64,000 nucleotides of DNA from Camelus dromedarius (taxonomy: Eukaryota). Each line of letters opens with the position of its first letter. Positions within the stretch are counted from its first letter, which is position 1. Under the pieces are notes generated by a model. That model worked only from the letters and a program-made list of their open reading frames with translations. It searched no databases and had not been told where the DNA came from. Position numbers and translations under genes: made by a program. Below, piece by piece: positions 61,525-64,000 of this stretch. The DNA lies in assembly GCF_036321535.1 (NCBI RefSeq), contig NC_087437.1, forward strand, positions 106,268,001 to 106,332,000. Direction: 5' to 3'.

Positions 61525-62085
61525 TTTTAAAAATGAATTTATATTGTTAGAAGAGGTTTGAATTTACAGAAAAGCTGTGCAAGTAGAACAGAGAGTTTTC
61601 ATTATTTCCCCACCCAGCTTCCTCTGTTATTAGCACTTTACATTAATACAGTTCACTTGTCGCAATTAGTGACCCAGTGTTAATATATTATTATTAACTG
61701 AAATCTGTACTTTCTTTAGATTGATTTATTTTTCCCTAAGGCCTTTTTTTTTTTTTTTTCTGTCCCAAGACTCCAACTAGAAAACCACATTACATTCAGT
61801 CATCATGTCTCCTCTAGGATTAAGAGGAGTCATGAAGGCTCCTGTTGGCTGTGACAGTTCTCAGGTTTTCCTTGTTTTTGATGACCTTGACAGTTTTGAG
61901 GAGTATTGGTCAGGATTTTGTAGAATGTCCCTCAACTGAGATTTGTCTGGGGGCCTTTTTCATCAAATCACATCAAGGTACATACTATCAGCATAGTTTA
62001 TCTCTGTTGATGTTAACTTTGATCACCTGGCTGAGGAAGTATCTGTCAGGTTACTCCACTGTAAAGTTACCCTTATTTTTTATTC
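61525..62085 (-). mobile_element. L1 3' UTR (L1MC-like), antisense
   Basis: aatttacagaaaagctgtgcaag...tttgatgaccttgacagttttgaggagtattggtcagg...ttgatcacctggctgagg...actgtaaagttac. Confidence 0.88.
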
Positions 62086-62199
62086 TGGGGAATGATGACT
62101 ACAAAGGTGATAATATGTGGAATGTCCAATAGTTTAATCCATATATTGAAGCTACGTTACTCTGGATGTGGTTTTTAAGCCTAGCTGGCCATGAAAGTT

Positions 62200-62360
62200 G
62201 AATTGCTATTTTAAAAAGGCACATTTGGGGGGTCCTTTCCTGAAGATTCTGATTCACATGGACAGGGAGGCCTTGGATGGGAACCCACATTTGTAACAAA
62301 CATGGGTTATTCTAATACAGTGGTCTCTAGACTATGTACACTTTGAGAAAACAGACCTAA
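62200..62360. mobile_element. MER5-like hAT fragment
   Basis: gaagattctgattcacatgg...ttattctaat...cactttgagaaa. Confidence 0.55.
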
Positions 62361-63109
62361 ACTAAAGGAAAATTAAGAAATTCCAGATATACTCAGAAGG
62401 TGCCACTTCCATTTCTGTGATGCTGGAGCAGAGGAAAATTTCATTTTGAGTTGCCCTTTTGGGCATCATCCCAGGGCAGAGCATGTGATTAGGATCTAAC
62501 CCAATGCTTCCCCCCTTTTAAAAGCACTTTTGTACCCCCCGCTGGATGGGCAGGGCCACTTTCCAACATGCTGCGATAGCATTTTGTTAAAACCACTATG
62601 TTAATGCAACTATTTGTGGGTTTATGCTACAAAAATAGATGAAGAAATACATCCTATATTTCAGTGGGAAAGAAAATATTATTATTAAAGAAAAACCTCA
62701 ACTGACTAATCACATTTTTATTCCGTAGGGAGAGCAGAAGTCTCTTCATGGAAAATCATGTGCTTTTCTTTAGAAAAACTACTTAGTGGGCCCTTTGGTT
62801 ATAAAACAAAAAAGCCTGAGCTAGTCTGGACTAGAGAGGACGTACCAGAGGGGACACAACTGCTTTTTGTGACCAAAAAAAAGCGCCCCCCCCCCCCCCA
62901 GGGGGATGGAGAGATGGACCTAAGATGGCAGCTGCTGTGCGGGCTTCCAGAAGGAGCAGACGTCAGATCCCTGGAGCTTAGGGAAGATGGGGAGGGAATG
63001 GGCTGCAGTGACAGGATGGAAGAATGGGAGGTTAGAAAGACTGTCAGCGAGAGGTTCTCTGGGGCAGGGAATGGCGGGTCAATTTTAGGATCGAGGCTGT
63101 CTGATTCTG

Positions 63110-63520
63110 TCTGCTGCAAATTGTTCTCTTTTGATCCGATAAAAGATAAATGGAGACATATGAAAATGTTTAAGAGTTCGTTGGAGTAAAAGTCAGTTCG
63201 AATCGGGCAACATCCACTGCAGCAGACAGAAAGGAGCTCCGAGGAGCTGGACAAAGTGAGAGACGTTTGCTGACAGGAGGGAGAGGGAGCCAGGAGGTTT
63301 GACTAGGCAGCAAGCAGGTGGGGTATTGTAAGGTCACGTTCCTTCAGACGATGACAGGGGTCCATCAGGCCAATGACCAACTAGTGCTGTTCAGGCCATT
63401 CCTGATGGACCAGTTTAAGATTCCATTTCTGGGAGAGCTGAAATGTTAATTAAGTCTTGATTTGGTGACATGGGGCTTAGCATAAATGACTCTACAGCCT
63501 CATGTTAGTAGGTCACCTTT
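63110..63520 (-). mobile_element. Possible degraded ERV1 LTR
   Basis: cagttcgaatcgggcaac...tttggtgacatggggcttagcataaatgactc resembles ERV1 LTR reverse strands. Ends are not resolved. Confidence 0.4.
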
Positions 63521-64000
63521 TTGGGGCTCAGGAACAAGGCAGATCAGAGAGACCCACAGCAGCATTAGGAGATAGATTCAGAGGACCTGACAGGATGGAG
63601 GAGCAGGTAAGAGCAGGAGTCTGAGTGTGCTGGGATCCCCGCACTTACACATGGGCTTTGAGTTCTTTGACGTGGACCCATGTGATGACTGCAACACTTA
63701 AAAATATTAAGGACTTGCAGTTACATTAGTAAGAGATCCCCTAGAGATTCTCCAGTCTTCCTACAAATCTGAAGGAGGAATCTTGAAGGAAACTTTGATA
63801 ACAGATGACTATCGCCTTACCATTTTTCCCCGATTATGTTTTCCTAGTTCTCTGTGATTCTTATTGTCAGCACTGGGCTAAATTTTCAAATAAACTCTCG
63901 GTCATGAAGTGGATAGTATTTCATCATTTATGACTTTGTTCGGCTTCATCTAGTCTAAATACAAAGTGGGTAGAATTTTTCTGTTGCTGCCAGCAAAATT

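Noticed and set aside
62758-63254. Overlapping 143-aa and 151-aa ORFs on opposite strands
   Set aside because: No recognisable domain, Ser-rich low complexity, spans a poly-C run and a probable LTR remnant, and has no splice or promoter support.
1-64000. Prokaryote-type systems (CRISPR arrays, operons, defence islands) or a second protein-coding gene
   Set aside because: The sequence is a spliced mammalian locus, with no regularly spaced repeat-spacer array. ORF-track entries outside GABPA exons are short, low-complexity, repeat-derived or span N gaps.
27548-64000. 3' exons of APP, the downstream neighbour in human
   Set aside because: I found no minus-strand GYENPTYKFFEQMQN-coding sequence or APP-like UTR. 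It presumably lies beyond the window.

Overview
Mammalian genomic DNA, inferred to be from a camelid because it carries four copies of a tRNA-derived SINE matching my recollection of the camelid Vic-1 family. The first ~27.4 kb is the + strand GABPA gene (GA-binding protein alpha, ETS family), entered in intron 1. Nine coding exons lie between 2902 and 24126 and sum to 1365 nt (454 aa plus stop) if the N-masked parts of exons 9 and 10 have the canonical length. A ~3.3 kb 3' UTR follows, with several AATAAA signals. The remaining ~36 kb is repeat-rich intergenic DNA: old and young L1, L2, MIR, MaLR/ERVL/ERV1 solo LTRs, hAT elements, SINEs and STRs. I found no second protein-coding gene and no convincing novel biological system. 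The best leads are an internally deleted L1 that keeps both ends and a perfect 12-bp target-site duplication, a CpG-retaining hairpin in the GABPA 3' UTR, an extremely weak exon 6 splice donor, and N-gaps that hide the ETS domain yet preserve the exact exon 9 length. Repeat subfamily names and human GABPA comparisons come from memory, not from a database search.
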